A stretch of 64,000 bases of DNA from an uncultured Nitrososphaeraceae archaeon (GCA_963765895.1 CAVXZB010000047.1:55247-119246), one strand, 5' to 3'. Counted from the stretch's first letter, positions 49,430 to 61,622 are shown. Notes: generated by a model from the letters alone, not told the origin. A program made the numbers and translations.

Positions 49430-50140
49430 AGATATCTCTTGTGGACAAGGGACCATTATCCAAGAAATCAGTGATCAGTCATATTGGATTACTGATAGTA
49501 GGTATGATATCAGATTTTTAGTAAAGGATAAAGGTGTAATTGCAGTAGATGCCTACCACAAATCATTGGAACGAATTATCTTAAGGGTTATATCAGAAAT
49601 TACTAACAAGCCAGCCAACTGTGTAATTTACAGTCATGCTTACTCATCATATTTGCCCTGCAAACATGTTTTCCACAGAATGCCACTTTCATGACCCGAG
49701 AAGACATGGCCACGGAACTATATAGCCAGATCAGCAACCACAAATGCTTCCTTCCTTCCACCTATTCCTATAGTAACCTTTCAAAAAATTACGCTCTGCA
49801 GATTGGAATCAAAGTTTGCAAATCTGGCTATTATTGGAGTAATTATTTACTTAAACATATTTATCTATGCTCAGCTTCAAAAAGTGCTAATGTTAGTAAA
49901 TATGATTTCCGAGATGGTTCCATTTCCATATTTGGCAATAGACTAATGCTGTGTTAGGTTTCAAAGCCCAGGTATAGCACTAAATAGATATAGTTTTGGC
50001 ATATTTGTTGGGGGACATCTTACTAGACCTGGAACAAGAGATATGGAAAAGTACAACAGCAATCTATCTCATTTAGAAAGTACTGCTTTCAAAGTAAATC
50101 ATATGTTTCTTTTGTTACTATTGCAAAGCATATAGGATAT
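49430..50140 (+). pseudogene. MBL-fold metallo-hydrolase, heavily decayed
   Basis: IQEISDQSYWITD...FLVKDKGVIAVDA...EITNKP..VIYSHA and FVGGHLTR fragments with multiple lesions. Confidence 0.6.
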
Positions 50141-50764
50141 TTTGAGAACCTGTTATTCCTCTATAGTAACAGTGTATAGGATACCACCTTATAAGCGAGA
50201 TCGCAAAATTACCGCAAGGTGGATTGAGGATTGCCTACATAGAAAATACAGATCCAAAAGTGAATTCAGTTCGAATTCGAAAAAAGTGGAGAATATTAAA
50301 GTTAAAGATAGCAACGTAATAGACACAGTCGATAATAGAGATGGAAGCGTGTTACTTATCGACCATGAAATAGGGTATAGGTAATTTTTGTGATAATAAT
50401 AGAGAAAATATAGCGATAGATGCAGCAAGTTCAAGGGGGGATTTGAAATACAAAAGTGTGAAACTTTTATTGGTAACGCAGACCCCTACGACATATTAAA
50501 GGAGGAAAATAGTGCACTAAGAGAAGCATTAAAGAGGCAAACGACAATGGTCATGGGCGAACAGATTCCCTCGACCGAAAGAGGGTGAGGAGAACTAGAA
50601 AATATTTGTATAGCAAGGACACGAAAACGATACAGTGTCACTTTAAAGCATTGACTATGCTATCGGTTTTACCCATCATATTGGGCCAGTCAAGAGATGT
50701 GAATTTATAGCCTTTCAACTCCTGACAGAAGAAATTAGTCCTCCTATAAGGACACCAAAATTAA

Positions 50765-51126
50765 GATGTAGAATTCTGTTGGTAGATGATGAATCCGACA
50801 TTGCATTTATTTTCGAACAGATTTTGGAAGACGAAGGATTCGAAGTTAATTCACTTAATGACCTCCCAAATGGCTTATCTAATTTCAGGGTTGATACTTA
50901 CGATATTGCACTTATCGATATCAAGATGCCTCGGATGAATGGATTGATTTGTATAGAAAACTAAAAAATGACGATGACAACGTCAACTACTGCTTTATGA
51001 CTGCCTATGAAATATATTATGAAAAATTGAAAAGATTATCCTGAATTAAATGTTGGCTTCTTTATCAAGAAACCAATTGGTACTATACAGTTAGTAAAGG
51101 AGATCAAATCAAAACTAAATCCATAA
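50765..51126 (+). pseudogene. Response regulator receiver protein, frameshifted
   Basis: ILLVDDESD, DIKMPRMNG, then FMTAY and FIKKP in shifted frames. Confidence 0.85.
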
Positions 51127-51309
51127 GCTTGTGAAAATCACTATTCCTACAAATTTGTGTTTTTAGGGAATATACTAGATTTGAGATCTACTCTCCAAAT
51201 ATCCATCTGATGTCCGCTAACTGCCATGCCTTCTTATAGTTCTATATTCAGGTTCTAGATTATAAAGGATTTGTAGAAGAACATCTTTAATATTATTAGA
51301 TTAACTGAA

Positions 51310-51473
51310 TAGACAGGCGCCGAAGTACAAACGAAGGTAGAGAAATTGGAAGAATTAAATCAGTCTCTAAGACAGCATGATAAAGTAAAGGATGATGATA
51401 TAGCGCAACTATCAGATCAACTTGTGTCCTTATCATCCGCTAGGTTGCAGGAAATTGAGAGAAAACAAATAAC
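51310..51473 (+). repeat. Dispersed repeat copy 3: integrase-like C-terminal remnant
   Basis: EVQTKVEKLEELNQSLRQHDKVKDDDIAQLSDQL...RLQEIERKQ. Confidence 0.7.
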
Positions 51474-52782
51474 GATATAGGCTGTTTACCAATTAAAACA
51501 ACAGGAGGCGACTAGAAATAATGAAAACAAATATGCCATGGCAATTTAATGTATCTCTTCTGCGTCATTACCATTCCGATTAATAATACAAAAGCAGGTT
51601 ACAGGCCTAGGACTGAATTCCGATAAATGAAACTAGAAACCTTTCTTGTATTACGAATTAGTCACACTTTTTCACTACAATCCTTCCAATCATTTATCAA
51701 TATGATCTACAATTAGCAATGAGCAGCTCTGGGACGTTGAACAGAAATTTGATAATTGCTGGCACTTATTAGGGTCAATAAAGTAAGTGAAATGATTAAT
51801 TGAGCCATCTCTAATAAGACAGCGTCAATATGTACGCATGTGGTGTCAGTGACATTGTGAAGGACTCAAATTAGGGTTCAAAAACAGCATTAATTTTTAA
51901 ATAAACTATATTCTTGGGGTAATCAACAATAACAACAACTGATACTATCTCATGATAATATCGGTTCTTTTATTCTAATGCTTTCGATTAATTTCTCAAG
52001 ATAGCCTAAACATCGTTCGAAATACGGAATTGCTTTCATATTGGTTTTTGTATAATTAGCTAATACTTCAAAAGCTTCCTGAGATATTAAGGAATTTCCT
52101 AATGAATAATTTCTTAGTTGCCTTATAGTCCAATACCAGTTACCGTATTGATTTGCCTTATCTAAATCATCTAACTTGCTAAAATATGGCAAAATATTCT
52201 TCATCGGTAATTTCTTTTAGATCCTATACTAATTCACGACCTTACCATCAAGATAGCTATACATCATACAAATACTGTTAGTATCATTGTCGCATGTTCT
52301 TTAAATCCTATCGTAGTGGATATTAAAGGTCTAGTATGTCTATCTAATGCATTAATTCGTGTAAACGAGCGATTATTGCGATACATAGAATGCTGACCGT
52401 TGTCACTGTCATTACAGACTCCTGTTCCCGACCATAATTCATGGATTGTTATAATGTGGCATTTTGGATCTGGCTAATATCTCTTTATCTAAACTTAAGT
52501 AACTTTCATTTCCTAACTGCAGTTTATTAACTCCGGTACAGATTGACAATTCATTTGAATTCTCGAAGAGATCCTTTGTCCTATTGGTGCGTAGTAGATG
52601 ATGCAATTAGGTTTTGCTTCTAATCATAAGGTAAAAGAAGAAGAAGAATCAACAGCGAGAACAATAATAGAAGAAGAACAACCCACTACAAGAAACCGAC
52701 TTTTTAAACTATTTGCATTTGGAGCATTAAAAATTCACTGTGCATTATAAAAAACCTATCTGTATCTATTAGTCACAATACC

Positions 52783-53835
52783 ATGCTTTTTATGTCGGAC
52801 CAAAACTACTATGAAAAAACAGCTGATATCATTTTCGGTAGATGGAAAAGTCAGATACTATATACGGGAGTTAAATTAGGCGTTTTTGATTGTGTAACAT
52901 CGGATGCCAAAAGCACGTCTGATATAGCAAATGAACTTGGTCTTGATGATAAATTGGCTTATCGAATCTTGAGGGCCTTATCTTCTATGGGTTTCTTAGA
53001 AGAACTACCCGAGGGTAGGAGATTCTCAATAACTCCACAAGGTGAATTGCTTCGAAAGGATCATCCACAAACACTAAGAGGGGTGACATTACTAGAGGAA
53101 GGCCCGGAACACTATGCCATTTGGAAACATTTACCATTAATGATAAAGGAGGGTAAACAGAACGCTTTAGTACGTGAATTTGGCTGTAAAATATTTGAGT
53201 ATAGGGATAGAAATCTGGATTACGCAGAAGTATTCAATCAAGCCATGAGTAGTTATTCTTCTGCTCAAACTAACTGGGTAATAGAGGCATTTAATCAATA
53301 TGATTTTTCTAATATACACCATGTATGTGATATTGCTGGAGGCACTGGACATTTACTTGGCCATTTAGTTGTAAAATACCCGCACATCAAAGTAACTGTA
53401 CTTGAGTTAGAATCGGTAACTAGTAAAAAGGAATTATTAATAGCTCCAAAATTAGGAGTAAGTGAGCGCTGCTTATACGTTACTGGAGATATGTTTAGTA
53501 TTAATAGGCAAATTCCTTCTGCAGATGCATATATAATGAAAATGATCCTTCATGACTGGAGTGATGAAGAATGTGTAAAGATACTATCCAACATTTACAG
53601 ATCTTCTCCTGACCATTCAAGATTATTTATTGCCGAGCATTTAGTTCCTGGTCCCGATACACCACATTTTTCAAAACTCTTCGATATTCATATGATGTGT
53701 GCAGCATCTGGAAGAGAAAGAACTGTTGATGAATATTCCAGTTTGCTAGAACAATCAGGTTGGAAGTACATTCAAACCCTGCGTCCCCATCAGAAATCTG
53801 GACTAATAGAGGTAATTGAAAGTAGTAAATCATAA
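52783..53835 (+). CDS. SAM-dependent O-methyltransferase with an N-terminal dimerisation domain
   Basis: CDIAGGTG, GDMF, YIMKMILHDWSD, GRERTVDEY. Confidence 0.93.
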   Translation: MLFMSDQNYYEKTADIIFGRWKSQILYTGVKLGVFDCVTSDAKSTSDIANELGLDDKLAYRILRALSSMGFLEELPEGRRFSITPQGELLRKDHPQTLRGVTLLEEGPEHYAIWKHLPLMIKEGKQNALVREFGCKIFEYRDRNLDYAEVFNQAMSSYSSAQTNWVIEAFNQYDFSNIHHVCDIAGGTGHLLGHLVVKYPHIKVTVLELESVTSKKELLIAPKLGVSERCLYVTGDMFSINRQIPSADAYIMKMILHDWSDEECVKILSNIYRSSPDHSRLFIAEHLVPGPDTPHFSKLFDIHMMCAASGRERTVDEYSSLLEQSGWKYIQTLRPHQKSGLIEVIESSKS

Positions 53836-54301
53836 ACCATAATTGCTACCGTAAGAGTTCACAATAAGAATTTAAAGACAATAAGAATTTAAAGACAATA
53901 CCAAAGTCAAGAATAAGTTGCAAATAATGAGAGTCAAAGCGGGAAATGGATTCTACGGCAAACCCTTCATTCATACACATGTATAGAGACTAGCAGGTAT
54001 AATAAATTTGAATACTGATTAATTAAAAAGTCTTATTACAAGTTGAAACTATTGCTTAGCAGACCTAAACTACCAATCTATGTAATACAATAGTGCATGG
54101 CCTCGGAAATATTTGAGTCGCTATTCTGGATTGGTCTAGATTTTGTACCAAAATCACATCTTGTGGAAAGCTCTTCTAATGACAGACATGAAGAAGAAGA
54201 AGATGTCACATAAACAGAAAATCGCAGTATCAAATCAGACATTATCCTCGTCGTCATGAGATATTTGTTAGGCTTAAGAAATAAGGGGAAAAAATAGAAA
54301 C

Positions 54302-54565
54302 ATGCAAATAGTAACCACGCTCTACAACTGTTGTGATAATTATGTTAGTAAAAATATTGTTTTATCGCTTGATGATAAATACGGAGTCATCCTTGAAGAG
54401 ACTAATGATAAGATACTTGTCACATCAGATGAGAGCGAAGATCATAATAGATTCGAGATCCCAAAATGCGAGATAATTATGACTACATCATCAATTAACA
54501 AGAGGATGATTTTAGATTTAGAATATACAGAGATTTTAAAGTACAAAATGGACTATCATGGCTGA
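54302..54565 (+). CDS. Small hypothetical protein (possible PRC-barrel-like)
   Basis: 87-aa ORF with alternating beta-strand pattern and RFEIPK. Confidence 0.5.
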   Translation: MQIVTTLYNCCDNYVSKNIVLSLDDKYGVILEETNDKILVTSDESEDHNRFEIPKCEIIMTTSSINKRMILDLEYTEILKYKMDYHG

Positions 54566-54710
54566 GAATCTGGTGTTACTAAATACACCAAAGACAGAAC
54601 TAACTTCTTAAATATTCAGATATCACTATATTGTTTGATCGTGTATATATGGAGACACTAATAGGTAGTTTAACATTGCAAATCTCTTCAGTTTTGATTA
54701 AAACACACAA

Positions 54711-55622
54711 CTATGCATGAGGTTTGTAAGCAATAATATTTAATCTAACGAAATCTAAGAACCAGGGCTTATTCAATTTACTACTACTATCTTTTTCAAC
54801 TTCCTCTAAAAACAATTCTAAAAACATGTCCTTTAATTTATCGATGTCATGACTGTCTTTATATGACGATATATGGTCTAGGTAAGATTTCATTACTACT
54901 GTTTTTACAAATTTAGCATAGATCCGCCGGTTTGGAAGAGTTACATAGTCATCACTATAGTATACTGCTGTATTTACATAGCCTATTCTTTGAAGCAATT
55001 CATTAGTATACTCAGCCTTGGCAAAATGCCATGGTTGCTTCCAGTGTGTAAAGTATTCTTTGAATTGATCTAAATGTGTAATCCGTTCTAACATGGTAAT
55101 GATTTGCTGTAGATTCCCATATCCTCCACATTGGATTAATATCTGGCCACTATTACCAGTATTATCATTGCTATTACTGCTGACACTTATGTCGTTAATA
55201 TCATTACTATTCATTGGTTTTAGCATTTCCCAAAATTTTTGAAATGCTTTTCTGTGATCCTGTACCCAGTGAAGAGCAGAATTAGAAAAAACGACATCCA
55301 TCTTTCTGGTAAGCTTGACGTCTGTAAAATTTGACTGTATTATTTTGACATTACCAAAGGATTTAAGATTGTTTTTAGCTTGTTTTATCATATTAGTGTC
55401 AATATCGACAGCGTATACCTTTCCTCTTGGAACTTGTTTGGTTAATTGTTTTGTGAGTAAGCCTGATCCACAGCCCGCATCCATAACAATTTCATTTCCA
55501 CGCCATTGTCGCCATTTAATCACCTGTTGACCCCACCTGTACTGAATTAAACGTGAAACTTGATCATAAGTACGTGCATCCCAAGAGCTTTTATTTCTGT
55601 ATTTCAATAGTTGGATACCCAT
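54711..55622 (-). CDS. Class I SAM-dependent methyltransferase (trans-aconitate methyltransferase-like)
   Basis: WDARTY, VMDAGCGSG, DVVFSNSALHWV. Confidence 0.9.
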   Translation of the reverse strand: MGIQLLKYRNKSSWDARTYDQVSRLIQYRWGQQVIKWRQWRGNEIVMDAGCGSGLLTKQLTKQVPRGKVYAVDIDTNMIKQAKNNLKSFGNVKIIQSNFTDVKLTRKMDVVFSNSALHWVQDHRKAFQKFWEMLKPMNSNDINDISVSSNSNDNTGNSGQILIQCGGYGNLQQIITMLERITHLDQFKEYFTHWKQPWHFAKAEYTNELLQRIGYVNTAVYYSDDYVTLPNRRIYAKFVKTVVMKSYLDHISSYKDSHDIDKLKDMFLELFLEEVEKDSSSKLNKPWFLDFVRLNIIAYKPHA

Positions 55623-56150
55623 TGTCGCTTCTACTTTATTATTAATAACCTAATAGAAATTTGCTATTAAAAGACATGGATATTATGGGCGTATTATTAT
55701 ACGTACAGCAAACCTCCTCTAAAAGTATCTGTATACAAGGGTTAGGTTGTCATTATAGTAAATGAAACAACTTTCATTGGACTTCATCTGCCAGTTATGG
55801 GATTCAGTAGCGATCGCAGTAGCATCAGTAATTTATTACTTGGCTGCCCAGCTTTTCACCTACTCAGCGAGCGAAACTCAAGGTTATATCCGTGATGATA
55901 CATGGAAAGCTTGAAGTGAACAGCAACTAATGCATGATGTATAGATAGCATCTATGATAATAATATCTCATTAACCATGAACGCATAGCATATTACTCAC
56001 CCAACTCAACTCCTATTTGCCTCAATATTGTGCAAGTAAGGTGGTATTCATGACCAACTTACCTAATAGTAATTTAGTATTCTAAAACTAACTATCATAT
56101 TTATATGTAATTACCTTAGTATAGTTATATGTAGAGAAGGAATATAAAAG

Positions 56151-56717
56151 GTGAATAAAGGAGAAAGAGCTGATCAAACTATATCATTTACTAACGAACA
56201 GCGGCAACAGTATTATCGTGATATGTTAACACAGATTAATGACTTTAATGGCGCATTTGAGTTAGTGAAGATGGCGGTTAATGAAAAGTTCAAAATGCAT
56301 AGAGCTGGCTTAAGCCTGATACTGCAGGGATTACCAGCTAATCTTGGAGCCTATCATGTCCTAGGTTCAAATATGATAATAATAAACAGGAGGATTCTGG
56401 ATATAATTAGAAAACGTAAATCTCATGAAGAATATAATTCATACTTGTTCATGGTACTCGCTCATGAATATCTTCATAGTTTTGGTATTGTAAAGGAGCT
56501 GCAGGTTAGAAACATGACATATGATTTGTGTAAGTCTTTGCTTGGAGAAAACCATCTCGCATCTATAATGGCTAGGTACCAACCTTGGGCTGTATTTCCG
56601 GAATTGAATTTGTATCAAAATTATAATGATGATAGTACTAATAGTATTAACAGCTTTGAGAAGAGCTTCGAAATTGTAAAGAATTTTGATAAAACTAATC
56701 AGTCATATATTCATTAA
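56151..56717 (+). CDS. Hypothetical protein with an HExxH zinc metallopeptidase motif
   Basis: VLAHEYLHSFG followed by a downstream Glu. Confidence 0.75.
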   Translation: MNKGERADQTISFTNEQRQQYYRDMLTQINDFNGAFELVKMAVNEKFKMHRAGLSLILQGLPANLGAYHVLGSNMIIINRRILDIIRKRKSHEEYNSYLFMVLAHEYLHSFGIVKELQVRNMTYDLCKSLLGENHLASIMARYQPWAVFPELNLYQNYNDDSTNSINSFEKSFEIVKNFDKTNQSYIH

Positions 56718-56914
56718 AATTTTAGTTGCTAGGTTTTGTAATGATTGCGAGTTCCTGGCTTCCGCACAGAGCATTTTATGCATAAATTGACAATGAGAAG
56801 TTAGAAGAATCAAGATTTTATTAGTAATCAATAACTTGATCTCACTAGCTAATAACCATGATTATTAATTTCATCCATCTGCTTATATAATTTGGAAGCG
56901 TTATTTAGGTTAGC

Positions 56915-57433
56915 ATGAAGAATAATAACAATAGTTTCTTTATAATGCTGTTCATTCTAACTATATCTATTTCGTTAATATCTTCAAATACTATGATTGG
57001 CAATACTATATTTGGCTACTCGAGGAAAAGCTTGTCAGAGAACTTCTCTGGTGGAGGTCCAAGTACTAATAACACTAGTAATAACAATAATTCATCATTC
57101 CAACTATCAGCAACAGCCTCTCAAAATTGTAACAATACCCAGAATAAGTCTGCTTGTCAAGAACAACACCAGTTACTACTAAAGCAGCAATCAAATCAGC
57201 AACAAGAGCAACCCAAACCTGACAATAGCTGCCTCTTTCATCCAGAGCAGATGAAGTGTAAACCAGATCCAATAATAGGTAAATGTCCAAAAGGATTTTC
57301 AATGAATGTATACGAGCATTGTTTTCCAAATGTACGCTGTCCGAATGGATTTGAAAATCATAATGAAGACGAGACAGGTACTTGTTATCCAATACTTGGA
57401 CTAAATTCTACTCATATACCCGTATCAAAATAA
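56915..57433 (+). CDS. Secreted Cys-rich low-complexity protein
   Basis: Signal peptide, N/Q-rich linker, CPKGF...C...CPNGF...DETGTC. Confidence 0.7.
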   Translation: MKNNNNSFFIMLFILTISISLISSNTMIGNTIFGYSRKSLSENFSGGGPSTNNTSNNNNSSFQLSATASQNCNNTQNKSACQEQHQLLLKQQSNQQQEQPKPDNSCLFHPEQMKCKPDPIIGKCPKGFSMNVYEHCFPNVRCPNGFENHNEDETGTCYPILGLNSTHIPVSK

Positions 57434-57864
57434 CAAACTGAAAAACTCTAACCAATCAATAATTCAGTCATTGAATTGTAATTGATGACATATGGCCAAC
57501 CTGCACGATACTCCATTAATAGCAATTAATAGCATTATACCAGCAGCTGGAGCTCAGAACACTAATTTTTTTATGACCAAGGTCCTGCTTCTAGCTACGC
57601 TATGTCGCTTTCTGAAGAACGAAGAGTTGCCTTGTGAACATATTAGAGTAACACTTTCAATTTCTCCTGATGAGTCAATTCATCTCATTGCTTGTGCTTG
57701 GGCCATCCATAGAGTGCAAAAGAACTAGACAATCTGCTGCCCTACCGCATATCATTACTATAGTATTAAGGATTGCAAAGTTATAGTGATGAAGGAAACA
57801 GGAACACTTTACAACTCCTACACAGAATTTCAAGACCTGATCAGAAAACAATTTGATCTGCAGA

Positions 57865-58093
57865 ATGTTAGTGGGAATTCAGTATTTTTAAATTTGTATT
57901 TGAGAATGTAGATGAGATATTTGATAAAGCTCAGAGAGAAGGAGCTGCAGTAGTTACGCCTTTAATGGATGCATTTTGGGGCGATAGATCTGGTCAACTA
58001 AAAGATCCATTTGGTCACATTTGGGAGATTGCTACCCATAAAAAAGATGTGTCAAAAGAGGAATTGGAAAAGGCCGCAAAAGAAGCCTTTTAA
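57865..58093 (+). pseudogene. VOC/glyoxalase (PhnB-like) family, C-terminal fragment
   Basis: ENVDEIFDKAQREGAAVVTPLMDAFWGDRSGQLKDPFGHIWEIAT. Confidence 0.8.
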
Positions 58094-58233
58094 AAATGGG
58101 GAGATGAGCATAGATTTGCGGCAGATAAGTAGGATTTAATAACCATTTACCCTGAGGTAATCCAGCTATTAAAGTAGTTACAGCTGAATAATGTAATGGA
58201 TTATCGATCCTGTGTTTCTGCTATAGAATAATC

Positions 58234-58734
58234 TCATCTCAGTGTTTCGGCGAGCTTGTCTAAGGATTGGTTCCAACCTACACTGGCCCCATCTCGATCC
58301 GCACCAGCTGGAATTCCTACATGGCTTAGGGTAAGTTTTGTCTTTCCTTCAATTTCTTCAAAGGTTACTGTCACCAGCATTTCTAACGAGAAGTCTGCAC
58401 TCATCCCATATTGGGTAGCTGGCACCACGTTACCCTTCTCATCAGCAAATGAATTGCTAAAGACGATCCTCTCTTGTGAAATGATTTCGTGATAAATGCC
58501 GGTGTTCCAGTAATCTTTGCCTTCGGGCGATCGCATACAGTAAAGAAATTTACCACCTACACGGAGGTCTACATTGCAGTATGGTGACGTAAAGCCCTTT
58601 GGTCCCCACCAGCGCTTCATGAGATCGGGATCGGTCCATGCCTTCCACACATTTTCGCGTGGTGCGTCGAAAATACGTGTAATGAAGAGATCTTGATCCT
58701 TTGTATCCTTGCTTCCTGTTTTGTTCTGGTTCAT
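58234..58734 (-). CDS. SRPBCC/AHSA1-like domain protein
   Basis: ITRIFDAPRENVWKAWTDP..WWGP, DLRVGG, GWNQSLDKL; ATG at 58734 overlaps the upstream stop. Confidence 0.92.
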   Translation of the reverse strand: MNQNKTGSKDTKDQDLFITRIFDAPRENVWKAWTDPDLMKRWWGPKGFTSPYCNVDLRVGGKFLYCMRSPEGKDYWNTGIYHEIISQERIVFSNSFADEKGNVVPATQYGMSADFSLEMLVTVTFEEIEGKTKLTLSHVGIPAGADRDGASVGWNQSLDKLAETLR

Positions 58735-59050
58735 TTTTGTTTCTCCTCTTCCAAAACTTCTCCGAGCCTGTCTAATGCGGCGTTCCATCTGACCTCTGCA
58801 TTCTGCATCCAATCAGCGGCGTAACGCAAGCCGTCAATCCTAAGACGGACGTATCGACTGCGGCCTGTTTTACTTGTCGTCACAAGCTTGGCCTTCTCTA
58901 GGACGTGGACATGTTTCTGTATTGCCATCAGACTGATTGGAAGCGGCGAGGCCAAGTCGCTCAAGGTCTGCTCGCCGGCCTCTAGACGCTCGAGCAGAGC
59001 ACGCCGGTTAGGATCTGCAAGAGCGGAAAATGTCGCCTCTAAATTTATAC
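58731..59050 (-). CDS. ArsR/SmtB family transcriptional regulator (start codon region damaged)
   Basis: FSALADPNRRALLERL, SDLASPLPISLMAIQKHVHVLEKAKLV, KTGR. Confidence 0.85.
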
Positions 59051-59066
59051 TAAACCAAATGGTTTA
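59051..59066. promoter_or_regulatory. Perfect 7-2-7 palindrome, putative ArsR operator
   Basis: TAAACCA-AA-TGGTTTA at the 5' end of the ArsR gene. Confidence 0.65.
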
Positions 59067-59366
59067 ATGTCAATTTAAAGCTTTCCCCGCATTGTTTTAT
59101 CATAGTCAAATCCCTTATAGTTTAACTTTTTATTCAAGAATCAAATGATAATGATATTAGAAAATGGAATTCATAATCAAGCAGGAAATAATGAAATACA
59201 TATTTTTGAGATGAAAGAATAATGACGACAATAGACTTAAAATTCCAGAAAGAACACCTTGTGTTTATAAAATAATTAATTATTTATTTCAAAAAATCTG
59301 ATAGACTAATTTTAAATCTAGAGATCAGTTAACAATCTATCTAAAAAGATTGAAAGATTTGATTCT

Positions 59367-59766
59367 TTGAATGGTGATGGTAATGATTCAAACTGCGGGA
59401 GAGGCAAAGAGATAATCCCATTAAATGATTGGATTCAACTCAAAGGAACACCTTACGTACATGAATATTTTCCTGATGATTTTGTCAAGTTTCTAACGTT
59501 TTCAACAAAAAGTGAACTAAAAGATAGTAATGAACAAACAATGAAATGGTATTCTGATTATTGGATTTATGGATTATAAAAGAAATCCAAGTTATGGTAG
59601 GGCAAAGTGTTTTCATTGTTTGTTAAGTCCAATTACGGATGATCCAATATTCGTTGGTATTAATGGATTATTTACTAAAGGATTGGAAGGTGATACGGAT
59701 GAAAACAAGAACTATTCTATACCGTATCCTTGCCGTATAACAAACAGATTTGAATGTCCTTATTAG
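59367..59766 (+). pseudogene. Hypothetical Cys-containing protein in two overlapping ORFs
   Basis: 59367..59579 and 59569..59766 overlap; CFHC and PYPC..FECPY. Confidence 0.4.
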
Positions 59767-60051
59767 AAGGGAATCTAATTGGGTGCAATTATCAGATCTC
59801 GTATTTTTATTAATGAATCAGAACTCAAAAAGATCGAAAAAAAGATACAGTAATAACGTCATCATAAACATAGATTAACCATATTATCGTTTTTGAAACA
59901 GATCATGCCAATTTTTATATATGAAAAACATTTTTTATTTCTATAGTTTTACAAAAACTTCATTTCCTTTAAAATAACTAACAAGAATTAGTTAAAATCA
60001 TAACTATCTTAATTCTATACGTAAAATAAGGACAAAGATATTTGATTTATT

Positions 60052-60888
60052 ATGAAACAAAAGAGGCACGACGATAAGAGACAAAATGCCCTTAATACGA
60101 GAAATAAGCGAACAGCACCTTCTTCTGCTTATAAGCGAATCATACGAGCTACTAAAGATTCTCAAAAAAGAAACCCTGATAATCAAACTGATAATAAAGA
60201 TGATAATAGAAAAATGAGCATAGGACTAGGTAAAGAGAAGAAATTAAAGACTAAAACGATGGATCAAAAGGCAGAAAAGCCAATATCATTAAAGGAAGCA
60301 GTCACAACAACGTCTTCATCATTAACTGCATCCTCCAAGTCGCCACCATCTCCTCAATCAGAAGTATTTGATTCGTCTAATGATAATACTGTGTTGGAAA
60401 TGAAAGAAGTAGCTGATATGAGGCCAGATAAGACAGCTAAAGTATTCTTACATATTGAAGAAAAACAACTAGATCCTATATCTACAAGTATCAATAATAG
60501 CATTAAAAAAACTAATTCTGAAAATATTTTAAACACAAACTTGAATCCCACAAGTTTACCTGCAAAGATAGATCTGACTTTAGAAAAAAGTGACAGTAGC
60601 GCTGTGGAATCAATAAAAGATAATGTAGTGACAAAAGATGACATAGAACCAAATAATCCTCAAATTTACAATGAGTTAGAAGAACACAATAATTTAGACG
60701 AATCAGCTAGGCTCTATGGTAACGAAAATAAAGAATCTTATTCTGATTTGTCTAACAATGACAATATCAATCCATTTATTGTCGGAGTAAAATTGTGGCA
60801 AGATCATAACATTGCATGGATTAATGCGTATAATGAATTCATAAAAGAATGGATTGGCAATATTAAAACTGACCCAAATAACATTTGA
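60052..60888 (+). CDS. Hypothetical low-complexity protein
   Basis: 278-aa hydrophilic ORF with a Trp-containing helical C-terminus. Confidence 0.6.
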   Translation: MKQKRHDDKRQNALNTRNKRTAPSSAYKRIIRATKDSQKRNPDNQTDNKDDNRKMSIGLGKEKKLKTKTMDQKAEKPISLKEAVTTTSSSLTASSKSPPSPQSEVFDSSNDNTVLEMKEVADMRPDKTAKVFLHIEEKQLDPISTSINNSIKKTNSENILNTNLNPTSLPAKIDLTLEKSDSSAVESIKDNVVTKDDIEPNNPQIYNELEEHNNLDESARLYGNENKESYSDLSNNDNINPFIVGVKLWQDHNIAWINAYNEFIKEWIGNIKTDPNNI

Positions 60889-61047
60889 GGAATATTGCAG
60901 AGGATGACCTTGTATCAACCTCTCTTGGTGGGACACTGCGTCACAACTCATCCAAGATTTCAGGGATAGTAGCGGCTACTCTCCCTCTCACCAAACATCC
61001 AGCTTCTTAATTAGCATCCAAGAATTTATCGAAGCCGGTAAATCTGT

Positions 61048-61362
61048 ATGGGTAGAACAATTCCGTCATTTAGATTAGCGACTTTAGTAGAAAGGGGCGA
61101 ATGGAAAGAATTTCGCAGTAGACTCGATAAATCTGATAGGAAATTATTTGATAGAATGTTTTCTATTAGTCATTTGTATAACTCGGCTTGTTCCTATGCA
61201 GCGGTTCCAGTAAGAATTCAGCCTATATTTATGTCGATTATTTTTCATCACTATGTAACATTGAAGGGACTAGAAGCAGATATGCAAACCAAATCAACTA
61301 ACAACCAAGTCCAAAATCCGACCAAGGTGACACTACGACGCCCTGCTAAAGAAGACGAATAG
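61048..61362 (+). CDS. Conserved small archaeal protein of the MGRTxPS type (usually PolB2-operon associated)
   Basis: MGRTIPSFRLA...EWKEFRSRLDKSDRKLFDRMF. Confidence 0.7.
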   Translation: MGRTIPSFRLATLVERGEWKEFRSRLDKSDRKLFDRMFSISHLYNSACSYAAVPVRIQPIFMSIIFHHYVTLKGLEADMQTKSTNNQVQNPTKVTLRRPAKEDE

Positions 61363-61400
61363 GCAATCTAAGTTACCAACGCTTGGGGTGACAAATAATA

Positions 61401-61622
61401 ATGACAACATGGATACTTACTCTCAACCAAGAAGAAGCAATGTGGTTGTCAAGTTTAATGAAGTCAATGAGGGATGCATATCGTGGCGACAAGGCACTAA
61501 TATTAGGCTCTACAGATGCTGTGAATGCAATAGATATTATTCAGCAGATAGATCAGGTTAATGCGCCGAAGGCTAAGAGCCTTCCAAAATTGCGTCTAAG
61601 ATTAGAAAATGAGGAGGAATAA
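61401..61622 (+). CDS. Small hypothetical protein
   Basis: 73-aa ORF preceded by a GGGGTGA SD-like motif. Confidence 0.55.
   Translation: MTTWILTLNQEEAMWLSSLMKSMRDAYRGDKALILGSTDAVNAIDIIQQIDQVNAPKAKSLPKLRLRLENEEE

Noticed and set aside
53861-53900. 17-bp direct repeat ACAATAAGAATTTAAAG as a CRISPR array
   Set aside because: Only about 2.3 tandem units, no spacers, no cas genes
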